64,000 nt of DNA from Candidatus Latescibacterota bacterium (lineage in GTDB: Bacteria > Latescibacterota > UBA2968): NCBI GenBank assembly GCA_965207885.1, contig OZ242311.1, positions 5,280,001 to 5,344,000 of the forward strand, given 5' to 3'. Position 1 is the first letter of the stretch; each line of letters opens with the position of its first letter. Below, one piece after another: positions 20,232-29,959 of this stretch. Both the position numbers and the translations under genes were made by a program. The notes beneath the pieces were generated by a model. It was not told the origin of the DNA. It ran no database searches and worked only from the letters and a program-made list of their open reading frames with translations.

Positions 20232-22024
20232 TCACAATGAAACGCCCTCTCGTCATCGCACTCTTTCTCGCCTTCCCGATTTGCCCCTGGGCCGCTCCCC
20301 TCCAAATCGGCGATACCCTCAATGACTTTATCCTTGCCGACCTCAACGGCTCGCCCGTTACCCTCAGTGATTTATCCCAGGACCGCGCACTCGTCATCAT
20401 CTTCGGTTCCGTCGTCTGCCCTGCCTCGCTAAAATACGACATACATCGAACACAAATACACGATCGGTATGCTCCCAAAGGCGTACACCTGATATCTGTA
20501 AATGCCAATTTTAACGAAACCGACAAAGACATCAAAGAACACTACGCCCAAAACCCCGTACCCTTCACCATCCTGCGCGACCCGCACAACAAACTCGCCG
20601 ATCACCTCGGCGCGACCCACACCCCCCACGCCTTTCTCTTTGACGCCCAGCGCCGCCTGCGCTACAAGGGAGAAATCGACAACGGCTGGGGCATCCCCGA
20701 AGATACGACCTCGCGCGGATTGTGGGACGCCCTCAATGCACTGCTCGCCAACCGCAAAATCGCCAACACCAGCCTCCCCAGTTTTGGCTGTGAAATCAGA
20801 CGCACGCCCCGGCAAACAACTGTCGCGAACACCTCCACCCCAACATTTTATCGCGACATCCTGCCCCTGCTCCAAAATCGCTGCCAGAACTGTCATCGCC
20901 CCGGCGGCATTGGTCGCGTACCCTTTTTCGACTACACAGAAGTACTCGCATGGGCCTATCAGATGCGCGACTCCATCGAAGCCCGCATCATGCCACCCTG
21001 GAAAGCGCGCCCCGAATACGGCGACTTCAAAAATTCCCGCAGACTCACAGACGCCGAAATCCTCACCTTCGCGCAATGGGTCAACAGCGGCATGCCAGAG
21101 GGCAATCCCGCCGACCAGCCCGAACCCATTGCATTTTCCAAAAGCTGGACCCTGGGCACGCCCGACCTGATCCTCGAACCCAAAGCACCCTATCCACTCG
21201 AAGCTGTGGGCCGCGACGAATACCGCTGCTTTGTCTTGCCCACAAAACAGGACACGGGCAACTACGTATCGGCCATTGAAGTCCTGCCCGGAGCGCGCGA
21301 AGTTGTCCACCACGTCAGCGTGTACATCGACATCTCTGGCAAAGCACGCCTGCAACAGGAAAACGCGTCCGCGCCGGGCTACCCTTGCTTTGGCGGCATT
21401 GGCGTACCCATCTACGAATCCCTGGGCGGCTGGGCACCCGGCAACACCCCCTTTGTTCTTCCAGATGGCATAGGTCGCGATTTACCGCCCAACAGCGACA
21501 TCATCCTCCAGATCCACTATCACAAAATTGGCCGCGCCGTAAAAGATCATTCTCGATTGGGCATCTACTTTGCCCAAAAACCCGTACAAAAACAGCTCCG
21601 CGAAGAAGTCATCAACAGCCGCTTGCTCTTCATTCCCCCCAACATCAAACGACACAGAGTAACCGGCGCAATCACCATCACACGCAACCAGCACCTGCTC
21701 GGTATTTTGCCTCACATGCACTTGCTCGGCACGGAAATGAAAATAACCGCAACCTATCCCAACGGCACCCAAAAACCCCTGATATGGGTCAAACCCTGGG
21801 ACTTTAACTGGCAAGAAACCTACGTGTACAAAACACCCATCGCACTCCCGCGCGGCACCCGCATCGCGCTCGAAGCCTTTTACGACAACTCTGCCGACAA
21901 CCCCCAAAACCCCAACAATCCACCCAGGCTGGTGCGATGGGGCGAAAAATCAACCGATGAAATGTGTACCGCATTTCTCTATGTCACACACGATGATGAA
22001 AACTTAGAGGCAAGTAAGAAGTGA
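20228..22024 (+). CDS. Redoxin, monoheme cytochrome c and copper type II (PHM/DBH-like) monooxygenase fusion
   Basis: AhpC/TSA-like N-terminus (CP, ATHTPHAF, YKGEIDN), CQNCH, and Cu-ligand motifs VVHH, QIHYH, PHMHLLG and DEMC. Confidence 0.8.
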   Translation: MITMKRPLVIALFLAFPICPWAAPLQIGDTLNDFILADLNGSPVTLSDLSQDRALVIIFGSVVCPASLKYDIHRTQIHDRYAPKGVHLISVNANFNETDKDIKEHYAQNPVPFTILRDPHNKLADHLGATHTPHAFLFDAQRRLRYKGEIDNGWGIPEDTTSRGLWDALNALLANRKIANTSLPSFGCEIRRTPRQTTVANTSTPTFYRDILPLLQNRCQNCHRPGGIGRVPFFDYTEVLAWAYQMRDSIEARIMPPWKARPEYGDFKNSRRLTDAEILTFAQWVNSGMPEGNPADQPEPIAFSKSWTLGTPDLILEPKAPYPLEAVGRDEYRCFVLPTKQDTGNYVSAIEVLPGAREVVHHVSVYIDISGKARLQQENASAPGYPCFGGIGVPIYESLGGWAPGNTPFVLPDGIGRDLPPNSDIILQIHYHKIGRAVKDHSRLGIYFAQKPVQKQLREEVINSRLLFIPPNIKRHRVTGAITITRNQHLLGILPHMHLLGTEMKITATYPNGTQKPLIWVKPWDFNWQETYVYKTPIALPRGTRIALEAFYDNSADNPQNPNNPPRLVRWGEKSTDEMCTAFLYVTHDDENLEASKK

Positions 22025-22091
22025 GAAGTCCACCCAACACCGCCCCAAGACAGGTGCTTCTTCAAACTTCACATATCACCGGACTTTCACC

Positions 22092-23687
22092 ATGAAAAAA
22101 CTCCTCAAACTCAGCATGCTCATCACCCTGATCCACGCGCCTGTCCACGCCCAATGGAACATCGCCGTATTGCCCCATGAAAACACATTGGGCGACCCGC
22201 AGTGGAATTGGCTCTCCGCAGCCATTGTCGAAGGATATGTCAATGCCTATTACCACGTACCGAAAATACATGCCGTTGACGAAGAATATCTGCGCCACAA
22301 ACTCGGAGACACGCCGGTAAGCTCCTCTGATCTCGCAAAAAAATTGGACATCCACCTGATTTTAAGCGGGCGTTATCACATTGTGGGATCGCGCATCCAA
22401 ATCGAAACCGATTTGATTCATACAACCACGGGCGAAGTCATCGAAACCTTTACAGGCCAGGCCTCTACCTCTGCACCGCTCGACGCCATCTTGCCCGTGC
22501 TCTACGCCATTTCAAATCAGTTGAACATAACCCTTACACCCCATGAAAAAACCCGTCTGCAAATGCCCATGTTTCACGATGCAGAAGCACTCCGCATGGC
22601 AACTGAAAGCATGATGGCACTGTATCGGGCACTGCGACAATTTCCCATTGACAACGCTCAACTTACACAAGCTGAAAGCAGTCTAAAACGTGCCGTCCAA
22701 CGCGATGCCAAAAGCGCGATGCCCCACTATTATCTCGGGCGCATCTACGAAACACGCGACAAAATAACAGAAGCGGAAAATGCCTATCGCAACGCCCTCA
22801 AAATCGACTTTGAACACGTTGTTGCGCGCTATCGCCTGGCCTTGATCCTCAAAAAGCGCGGACACACAGAAGAAGCCATGAGCGAACTCGAACAGGCCCT
22901 CCAGCAGTCGCCCATAAATCCCGATATTCAGGCAGCTTTATCCGGCATGTTCTTCAATCAATACGCCCAAACCTTTGAAACAATCACCGCCCAACTTCGC
23001 CAGGCCATTCAGGCCAATCCCGATGATCCCATAGCCTGTTATGAATTGGCCAATGCTTATAACGAACTCGACCGCATTGACGAAGCCACAAAATACTACC
23101 ATCAAGCCCTGCAACGCGATTCCACACTCGCCGATGCACATTTCAAACTCGGCATGATCGCACACCGCAAAGGGAACCACGAAAAAGCCGTTGACCACCT
23201 CCAAAAAGCCGCGGCGCACAACACCCAATTCACCCGCGTCCATTTTCGCCTCGGCACCATATTCCACCTGATCGAACGCTATGACGCGGCGATCAAAGCC
23301 TTTTCAAAAGCTATCGAAGTCGAACCCAATTACGTCATCCCGCGCTATCACCTGGGCCTGAGCTATCTCGCAACCGCGCAGACAGACAGCGCCTATGAAG
23401 CCTTTCAGAAATACGCCGAACGCACCTCAGACGACCACCGACCGCATTTTCAAATGGCCGAGATCGCCCGCCAAAAAGGAGAACAGGAACGCGCAATAGA
23501 CGGATATATGCGCGCAATCGCCATCAGCCCTGTCCACGTACCGTCACACATACGCCTGGGCTATCTCCATGCCGAGCACCAGCGCTTTGACCTCGCCATC
23601 CAGCAATTGCAAACCGCGCTGCGCTTGCAACCCGAGCACCCCGATGCCGAAAAAATCCTCACCGACATCCAGAAATGGACACCGTGA
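22092..23687 (+). CDS. Secreted TPR protein with a CsgG/FlgO-like N-terminal domain
   Basis: Signal peptide, IAVLPHEN...WLS, multiple TPRs. Confidence 0.8.
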   Translation: MKKLLKLSMLITLIHAPVHAQWNIAVLPHENTLGDPQWNWLSAAIVEGYVNAYYHVPKIHAVDEEYLRHKLGDTPVSSSDLAKKLDIHLILSGRYHIVGSRIQIETDLIHTTTGEVIETFTGQASTSAPLDAILPVLYAISNQLNITLTPHEKTRLQMPMFHDAEALRMATESMMALYRALRQFPIDNAQLTQAESSLKRAVQRDAKSAMPHYYLGRIYETRDKITEAENAYRNALKIDFEHVVARYRLALILKKRGHTEEAMSELEQALQQSPINPDIQAALSGMFFNQYAQTFETITAQLRQAIQANPDDPIACYELANAYNELDRIDEATKYYHQALQRDSTLADAHFKLGMIAHRKGNHEKAVDHLQKAAAHNTQFTRVHFRLGTIFHLIERYDAAIKAFSKAIEVEPNYVIPRYHLGLSYLATAQTDSAYEAFQKYAERTSDDHRPHFQMAEIARQKGEQERAIDGYMRAIAISPVHVPSHIRLGYLHAEHQRFDLAIQQLQTALRLQPEHPDAEKILTDIQKWTP

Positions 23688-24397
23688 ACCTCCTCAAAAA
23701 ATGTAGTGCCGAATTCATCGGCGCATTTGCCATCGTCTTTGGCGGATGCGGAGCCGTCGCCATCAATCAGCTATCCGAAGGCGCCATCACCCACGTGGGC
23801 ATAGCAACGTCCTTTGGCCTCATCGTCATGACAATGGTTTACGCCACCGGGCACATCTCGGGCGCGCACTTCAACCCCGCCGTCACCACTGCCTTTGCCT
23901 TCACCCGCCACTTTCCCAAACGCGAAATCCTGCCCTACATCGCAGCGCAATGCCTCGGAGCCATCGCCGCCAGCGGCATTCACCTGTGGTCCCTCACACC
24001 TATCTTAAAGGCAAAACACCCACAGCAGACCCTCAACCTGGGTGTTACACAACCGATGGATAATTTGTTTGCCACAGCTTTTATCTGGGAATTTTTGCTC
24101 ACCTTCTTCTTAATGCTCGTAATCATGGCCGTTGCCACAGACTACCGCGCCACAGGTCAGGCAGCTGGCCTGGCCATTGGCGGCACCATCTGGTTTGAGG
24201 CCATGTTTGCCGGTCCGCTCTGTGGCGCCTCTATGAATCCAGCGCGCAGCCTTGGACCCGCTCTGGCCGCTGGTGATTGGACCCATTTTCCCGCTTACGT
24301 ACTCGGTCCCATTCTCGGCGCAACTGCAGGCGCGTTTTTTTACGAATTTATCCGCTGCCATTCCGACCCCGGCACAGACGCCAAAGGTTGTTGTTAA
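23675..24397 (+). CDS. MIP family aquaporin/aquaglyceroporin (NIP-like)
   Basis: AEFIG, GHISGAHFNPAVT and GASMNPARSLGPA motifs. Confidence 0.95.
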   Translation: MDTVNLLKKCSAEFIGAFAIVFGGCGAVAINQLSEGAITHVGIATSFGLIVMTMVYATGHISGAHFNPAVTTAFAFTRHFPKREILPYIAAQCLGAIAASGIHLWSLTPILKAKHPQQTLNLGVTQPMDNLFATAFIWEFLLTFFLMLVIMAVATDYRATGQAAGLAIGGTIWFEAMFAGPLCGASMNPARSLGPALAAGDWTHFPAYVLGPILGATAGAFFYEFIRCHSDPGTDAKGCC

Positions 24398-24414
24398 TCC
24401 ATGAAAGCCATCCC

Positions 24415-24837
24415 ATGAACCGCGTACTCATCCTCTGCACGGGCAACTCCTGCCGCAGCCAAATGGCGCAAGGGCTATTTAGCCATCTGAGCGATGGCAC
24501 CTATGAAGCCCATAGCGCTGGCGTCAGCCCCACAACCGTCAACCCACTGGCCATTCGCGCCATGCGTGAAGTCGGCATCGACATATCCCACCACACATCC
24601 GACAGCATCGACCTCTATCTCAATCGAGACTTTGATCTCGTCATCACCGTTTGCGACAACGCCAAAGAAAATTGTCCGATCTTCCCAGGCGCCAAAAACA
24701 CGCGACATTGGCCCTTCGAAGACCCCGCTGATGCCCAGGGCACAGAAGAAGAGCGCCTGCGCGTATTTCGCAAAGTACGCGACGAAATACGCGATAAAAT
24801 CGCAAACTTCCTCCAAAAAAGAAAAGCCCCGAGATAA
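24415..24837 (+). CDS. arsC: Arsenate reductase, thioredoxin-type (LMWP fold)
   Basis: LCTGNSCRSQMA, ITVCD...CP.FPG and HWPFEDP motifs. Confidence 0.92.
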   Translation: MNRVLILCTGNSCRSQMAQGLFSHLSDGTYEAHSAGVSPTTVNPLAIRAMREVGIDISHHTSDSIDLYLNRDFDLVITVCDNAKENCPIFPGAKNTRHWPFEDPADAQGTEEERLRVFRKVRDEIRDKIANFLQKRKAPR

Positions 24838-24851
24838 CTCGAGGCTTTTTT
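24822..24851. terminator. Bidirectional terminator between convergent genes
   Basis: AAAAGCCCCGAG-ATAA-CTCGAGGCTTTTT hairpin. Confidence 0.65.
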
Positions 24852-24868
24852 ATATTCTCAAAAACTTT

Positions 24869-25957
24869 CTATTCCCATACCACGCGCGGCCCATCCACAT
24901 AATCCAAAAAGCGATTTGCAATATCGGCCTGCGCCGTATCCCCCGTATGCACAATTACGCGCCAGCGAAACATCATAGACGCGCCCTCGGGCAAATGGTG
25001 ATCGGGCTTGAACATCCAGCAATTGGGCGCGAACAACCCATAACCGCGCACATGCCATGTGGTTGGATATCGGAAATTCTGCGGATGATCAAAAATGGCA
25101 AACCCAGCCACCTCATCGCCCACAGGACCGTAGTAATCCATCCAGTGTGAAGGCAGCGACCAGCACCCCATCTCATCCGTTGCGCCATAGGCATTGCGCA
25201 TCTCCCCATCGGCACTGGCATTCATCGACGGATTCACGCGAATACACAAAAATCCGCCCTCCTTCGTATCCCCAATCGTCACCGCACCGTGCGAAGCCTT
25301 AAGAGTAAGCGCAATATCCAGAACCGCGGCATCTCGGCTCGAATCGTACAACCGATACCAACGACTATCGCTCATCAAGGCACGGTCGCCTTCATACCAC
25401 GTATTTTCAGAAGCGATCACCAGAGACAATGCATTGTGCGAAATAGAAATGTCATCCTGCGCCGTGCGCCCATATCCCGGTTGGTTGGGCCGCTCATTCC
25501 AGCAATCCACCCCATTAATCGCACCCTGCATCAGGGTCAACCCCCGCTGCCAGGGATGTTCCCCCTCCCCCCATGCCGCCATTGGCTCGCGCAACATATT
25601 GGTCCCATTCGGCGTCAAAATCGGATTGATAACCGGCTTGGGATAATCCGTCGTGTGGTGAAACGTCATAAATGGCGAACCCGACAGAGAAACACGTAGC
25701 TCGCCATCGGCATCCTGCGACGAAATCCCCGCAGCCGCATCTGCACTATCCAATTCCAACACCTCAAAACTCGCTTCCTCGCCCCCGGCCAACGCGGGCA
25801 GATTCACGTGATAAACAGGCGCAGACGGATCGCGTTCAGCAATCAGCACCTCACCTCTCCCTTTCAACTGCAACAACGGCGCTTCACATCCCTCTGGGGC
25901 GGAAAAACTCGCCAGATGCGCCGGACGAGAACGCGGAATTGAAAGCGTCAATTTCAT
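24869..25957 (-). CDS. PmoA-family (DUF6807-like) soluble beta-sandwich protein, not methane monooxygenase
   Basis: KP.I.P..TP.G, HPWQRGL, GDTKEGG, FDHPQN..YPT.WHVR.YG motifs. GGAG RBS before MKLTLS. Confidence 0.8.
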   Translation of the reverse strand: MKLTLSIPRSRPAHLASFSAPEGCEAPLLQLKGRGEVLIAERDPSAPVYHVNLPALAGGEEASFEVLELDSADAAAGISSQDADGELRVSLSGSPFMTFHHTTDYPKPVINPILTPNGTNMLREPMAAWGEGEHPWQRGLTLMQGAINGVDCWNERPNQPGYGRTAQDDISISHNALSLVIASENTWYEGDRALMSDSRWYRLYDSSRDAAVLDIALTLKASHGAVTIGDTKEGGFLCIRVNPSMNASADGEMRNAYGATDEMGCWSLPSHWMDYYGPVGDEVAGFAIFDHPQNFRYPTTWHVRGYGLFAPNCWMFKPDHHLPEGASMMFRWRVIVHTGDTAQADIANRFLDYVDGPRVVWE

Positions 25958-26049
25958 GTGCCAAAACTCCTCCACAGTAATGAAAAAAATGATCCTGCTA
26001 TTGAAAAAAATGACCAAAAAACGACCAAAATCTGGCACAATATCTCTTT

Positions 26050-26065
26050 TGCAAAAACCGTGCCA
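26050..26065 (-). promoter_or_regulatory. Sigma54 promoter of the PmoA-family gene
   Basis: Minus strand reads TGGCAC-GGTTT-TTGCA, about 90 nt upstream of the ATG. Confidence 0.75.
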
Positions 26066-26067
26066 GA

Positions 26068-28404
26068 CTACGGATTCAGTTCCAATCTGCTCTGTAAATT
26101 TCCCACTATATCTTCCCAATCCATCAGCAGGGGATGGTACTCATCGGCGGCCCACAACTCGGACTGCGTGCGGTAATTTGGACTGATCGGATGCCCGGAC
26201 TGTCCACCTGCCGCCGTCGCCATACTCTGCGCCGGATTGCTCATATCCACCACCATCCGATAGGTCGAAAGCGAACCAACCTCAAACAGCTTGCCAAAAT
26301 TATACCCCGTCGCGCGCACAGTACCCGTACTCCCCGACGACTCAAAAGGCCCCACATCGAACATCTTTGACAACGCCCCGCCATCACTCAGCGGATGCCG
26401 AAAAGTCACAGTGTGCAAACGCCCCCAGCGCCACTGCGATTTGCGCGGACCCACGCGGCGGCACAACCAATCAAGCGCATCGCTCAATGCCGCATGCACC
26501 TCCCCATCCAGATCCCAATCATCCGGCGTCCAATCCAGCGCCTGGCCCGTCAACACGCACCGCGCCACACTGCCACCTCGCCCCACCACCAGTTGAGCCA
26601 CATGATTGGGAAACCGAACCCGCACCACCCGCCGCACCCAGTGCTCCCAAAAAGCCGTAAACACCGTCGCCGCGACCGAATCAACCGAATACGCACCATC
26701 CCAGCCGCGCAATAACTCACCCAGATCGCGCAAGCGTTTATTACCCGCTCTCATTGCAATCTCTGCGACAACTGGCCCCAGATCTTCTCCTCGCCCATGT
26801 ACGACATCGGCATGAATAGCACCCGTACTCTCCTGCGTATGCGTCTCCAATTCCTCAATACGCGCCACAATCCGCCGAAAGCGGTACCCATCTGACCACG
26901 AACCCAGCGACAGATAAGGACCTCGACCACCCCACGGTGGATTATTTGCCGTCGCCACCCAATTCCGCTCGGGATCCACCAGATGCGGCAACGCGTCAAA
27001 AGCGTGCGGCGCGCCCCATTCGCAATCCGGATCACGGAACCCAAAATCCCCCGCCCTGCGCGTTGGCACATGCCCAACCACATGATATCCAAGCCGTCCA
27101 TCGGAATCGGCAAACACAAAATTCAAAATAGGCATCGGCCATTGGGCGAGCGCATCCAGAACCTCTGCGACATTTTTTGACCGCATCAGCCCCAGCATCG
27201 CCTCAAACCCCGTTGTCGCCTCAGACCCTATCCAGCGCATAGACAGCACAGATTGCTCCCCATCACCTACAGCAGGCACAAACTCATTGACAACCGGACC
27301 GCGACGGGACCGGCGAATCACCAGCACATCCGCTGCGGCATCGCGCACGGGAATCGCCTGCTCCTCCACCACAAACGGACGCCATGCATCGCCATCCCGG
27401 TACAAATTCTCATCCTCCTTCGACACATCTTCAACGTACAAATCGCGCACCGAAGCCGCGTGATTGGTCACGCCCCACGCCGTATCGCGCGTATGCCCCA
27501 GATAAATACCCGGCGTCCCCAAAAAAAACGCGCCCACAGCATCCATACCCGGCGCGCGAACCTGCGCCTGGTACCACTGCCGGCACATACTCACATCATT
27601 GTGCGGATCCGTTGCCAGCACGGGTTTGCCATTCGCCGTCCGCTCGCCCCCAATCACCCAGTTATTGCTGCCAATCCCCGTATCGTATCCCCCCACACCG
27701 GCCGGTTCATCAGACGGAACAATAGTTTCTTCTGAAGCCTCTGTAGTCAAAAACAAATCGAACAAATCGGGAGGCAAATAGCGTTTGGCCGCCTCATTCA
27801 CCGCAACCGCACTCAGCCGTCCCGTCAGCATCCACCACCGCCATTTCCATATCGCAATCGAATCCACCACCGTCCACGGCGCGGGATCGTAATCCAGCAA
27901 ATCGAACTCAACACAACGCCGATCACCCATCGCTTCCATCCACGCATTGATACCGCCGCCCAGCGACTGCAAAACCATCTTCACCTCATCCGACATCTCC
28001 GAAGCCGCCCCCTGTGCCGCACGCGTCAAACCAATCGTTCGATGCAAGCGATCCTCCCCCAGATAATCCGCTCCCAAAATCTCCGACAATTGCCCGTGTG
28101 CCAACCGCCGCATATAATCCATCTGCCACAGCCGATCCTGCGCCATAGCATATCCCAGCGCAGTAAAACAATCCGCCATCGAAGCCGCCTCGATATGCGC
28201 CACGCCCCACCGGTCGCGCAACACCGTCACCTGCTGATCCACTGGTGCTTTTACCCTCTCCTCCGTCCCGGGCAATTTCTGGCGCAAAAACCGCCGTTGA
28301 AAATCCCGAAACGACCGGCGCAAAATACCCAATTGATTGGCTGCCCCATCAACAGTAATGTCCCCGCGCATCGCCTGCATCAAAATAGTTTTTCTGTCTG
28401 CCAT
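26068..28404 (-). CDS. Penicillin acylase family Ntn-hydrolase (cytoplasmic)
   Basis: RDRWGVAHI, AQDRLWQM, GSNNW nucleophile, TANN and GQSGHP motifs. Confidence 0.92.
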   Translation of the reverse strand: MADRKTILMQAMRGDITVDGAANQLGILRRSFRDFQRRFLRQKLPGTEERVKAPVDQQVTVLRDRWGVAHIEAASMADCFTALGYAMAQDRLWQMDYMRRLAHGQLSEILGADYLGEDRLHRTIGLTRAAQGAASEMSDEVKMVLQSLGGGINAWMEAMGDRRCVEFDLLDYDPAPWTVVDSIAIWKWRWWMLTGRLSAVAVNEAAKRYLPPDLFDLFLTTEASEETIVPSDEPAGVGGYDTGIGSNNWVIGGERTANGKPVLATDPHNDVSMCRQWYQAQVRAPGMDAVGAFFLGTPGIYLGHTRDTAWGVTNHAASVRDLYVEDVSKEDENLYRDGDAWRPFVVEEQAIPVRDAAADVLVIRRSRRGPVVNEFVPAVGDGEQSVLSMRWIGSEATTGFEAMLGLMRSKNVAEVLDALAQWPMPILNFVFADSDGRLGYHVVGHVPTRRAGDFGFRDPDCEWGAPHAFDALPHLVDPERNWVATANNPPWGGRGPYLSLGSWSDGYRFRRIVARIEELETHTQESTGAIHADVVHGRGEDLGPVVAEIAMRAGNKRLRDLGELLRGWDGAYSVDSVAATVFTAFWEHWVRRVVRVRFPNHVAQLVVGRGGSVARCVLTGQALDWTPDDWDLDGEVHAALSDALDWLCRRVGPRKSQWRWGRLHTVTFRHPLSDGGALSKMFDVGPFESSGSTGTVRATGYNFGKLFEVGSLSTYRMVVDMSNPAQSMATAAGGQSGHPISPNYRTQSELWAADEYHPLLMDWEDIVGNLQSRLELNP

Positions 28405-28424
28405 AGCCCCTCCAATACCTCATC

Positions 28425-29882
28425 TCACCGTTCACAATAAGGGTTGGAATCTGGATCGTACCACGCGAACAACCGCTCCTGCAAATCCGCGCGAACAGCT
28501 GCAAAATCTCGATTATCGATCAAATTGATACACTCGCCCGGATCATTTTCCAAATCGTATAATTCATGCCGCGAACCCCCATCATTATAAACGTACTTAA
28601 ACCGTTCGCCCCGCACCATATATTGGGGCATATGAGAACGCAACCCATGCTCGGAAAACGCGGCATCGGGACCCTGGGTATTGGGATCGCCCACAACACT
28701 GGCAAAACTCTCCGCATCCATTGTCTCGCAAGCACCTTCAAAATCCATCAGCGTCGTCCGGTCTGGTGCCGACAATCCACACAACTCTGAAAGCGTGGGA
28801 TACAGACCAAAATATTCGGTCAGCGCAGAAGCCACTCGACCCTCTGGAAAACGAGACGGACAACTCACAATCAAAGGCACCTTCACCGCAGGCTCAAACA
28901 TACAAAACTTCTGATACAACCCGTGCTCACCTCCCATCTCACCGTGATCCGAAGTATAGACCACAATCGTATCTTCCACCAGCCCCAACTCCTCCAGCCC
29001 ATCCAGCACGCGCCCGATACAATAATCGACAAAAGATAGATTGCCCATATACCCCGCCTTATGCGCCCGAAGACGTTTTTCACCCATACCCTGCGTCCTA
29101 TCAATACGCTGTTGTATATGCCTCGGATATTGCGAACTATCCCCCACCTCCACCAGATCTACCGATTCCGGCGAAAACTGCTCTGCCCATTCGCGAGGCG
29201 GATAAAAAGGTGGATGGGGCTTCATAAAACTCGCCACCAGAAAAAACGGCTGATCGCGATATTCGCGCATAAACTTCACAGACTCGCGCGCCACAAACAT
29301 ATCCAGATGATCTTCTGCATCGAGCGGCGAAGCCGTACTCGAAAAATCCCACCGCGCCACATTGCCCGCCCATGGGCTTGCGCCATCCCACAGCAACGAC
29401 ACATCGGGAAACCCACTACCCGTATCAAAAACCGAATTGAAAAACCCCTCGCTTATCGCGTGATTGGCAATCTCATTCGCATAATGCCCCACCTTCGGAC
29501 CCAAATACATCAACCAATCGTTAATCGACAAATACGACGCAAACCCGTGGTTATGTGCATCGTTAAAATGCATCTTACCGATCAAACTCGTCAAATATCC
29601 GTGATCGGAAAAATGGTGCGCCACCGTGCGATAGCGCCAATCCAACCTATCGCTATTATTAATAGCCCCCGTATTATGAGCGTACAAACCCGTCAACAGC
29701 GACATACGCGAAGCCGTACACACCGGATAGGGACAATAGGCATTCTCAAACCGCACCCCACGCGCAGCCACGCGATCTATCATCGGCGTAGGCACCGTAT
29801 TATTCCCGGCACACGTCATCCAATCCGCGCGGTGTTGATCGCTCATCAAAATGAGAACATTGGGACGATTATTGTGATCCAC
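28425..29882 (-). CDS. Sulfatase (choline-sulfatase-like)
   Basis: RPNVL..MSDQHR, CTASR, GKMH, SDHGEM and ELYDL motifs. Confidence 0.92.
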   Translation of the reverse strand: MDHNNRPNVLILMSDQHRADWMTCAGNNTVPTPMIDRVAARGVRFENAYCPYPVCTASRMSLLTGLYAHNTGAINNSDRLDWRYRTVAHHFSDHGYLTSLIGKMHFNDAHNHGFASYLSINDWLMYLGPKVGHYANEIANHAISEGFFNSVFDTGSGFPDVSLLWDGASPWAGNVARWDFSSTASPLDAEDHLDMFVARESVKFMREYRDQPFFLVASFMKPHPPFYPPREWAEQFSPESVDLVEVGDSSQYPRHIQQRIDRTQGMGEKRLRAHKAGYMGNLSFVDYCIGRVLDGLEELGLVEDTIVVYTSDHGEMGGEHGLYQKFCMFEPAVKVPLIVSCPSRFPEGRVASALTEYFGLYPTLSELCGLSAPDRTTLMDFEGACETMDAESFASVVGDPNTQGPDAAFSEHGLRSHMPQYMVRGERFKYVYNDGGSRHELYDLENDPGECINLIDNRDFAAVRADLQERLFAWYDPDSNPYCER

Positions 29883-29918
29883 GAAATTATCTCCAAACTC
29901 ATTGGTTTTTGAAAAAGA

Positions 29919-29950
29919 CTGGATTGCGGCTAAAACCCTGCCGCAATGAC
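29919..29950. repeat. REP-like palindrome
   Basis: CTGGATTGCGGCTAAAACCCTGCCGCAATGAC, nearly identical to 31860-31891. Confidence 0.7.
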
Positions 29951-29959
29951 AACCAATAC

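Noticed and set aside
24869-25957. Methane monooxygenase interpretation of the PmoA-family protein
   Set aside because: It is a soluble protein without TM helices and has no pmoB or pmoC neighbours. The family name is misleading.
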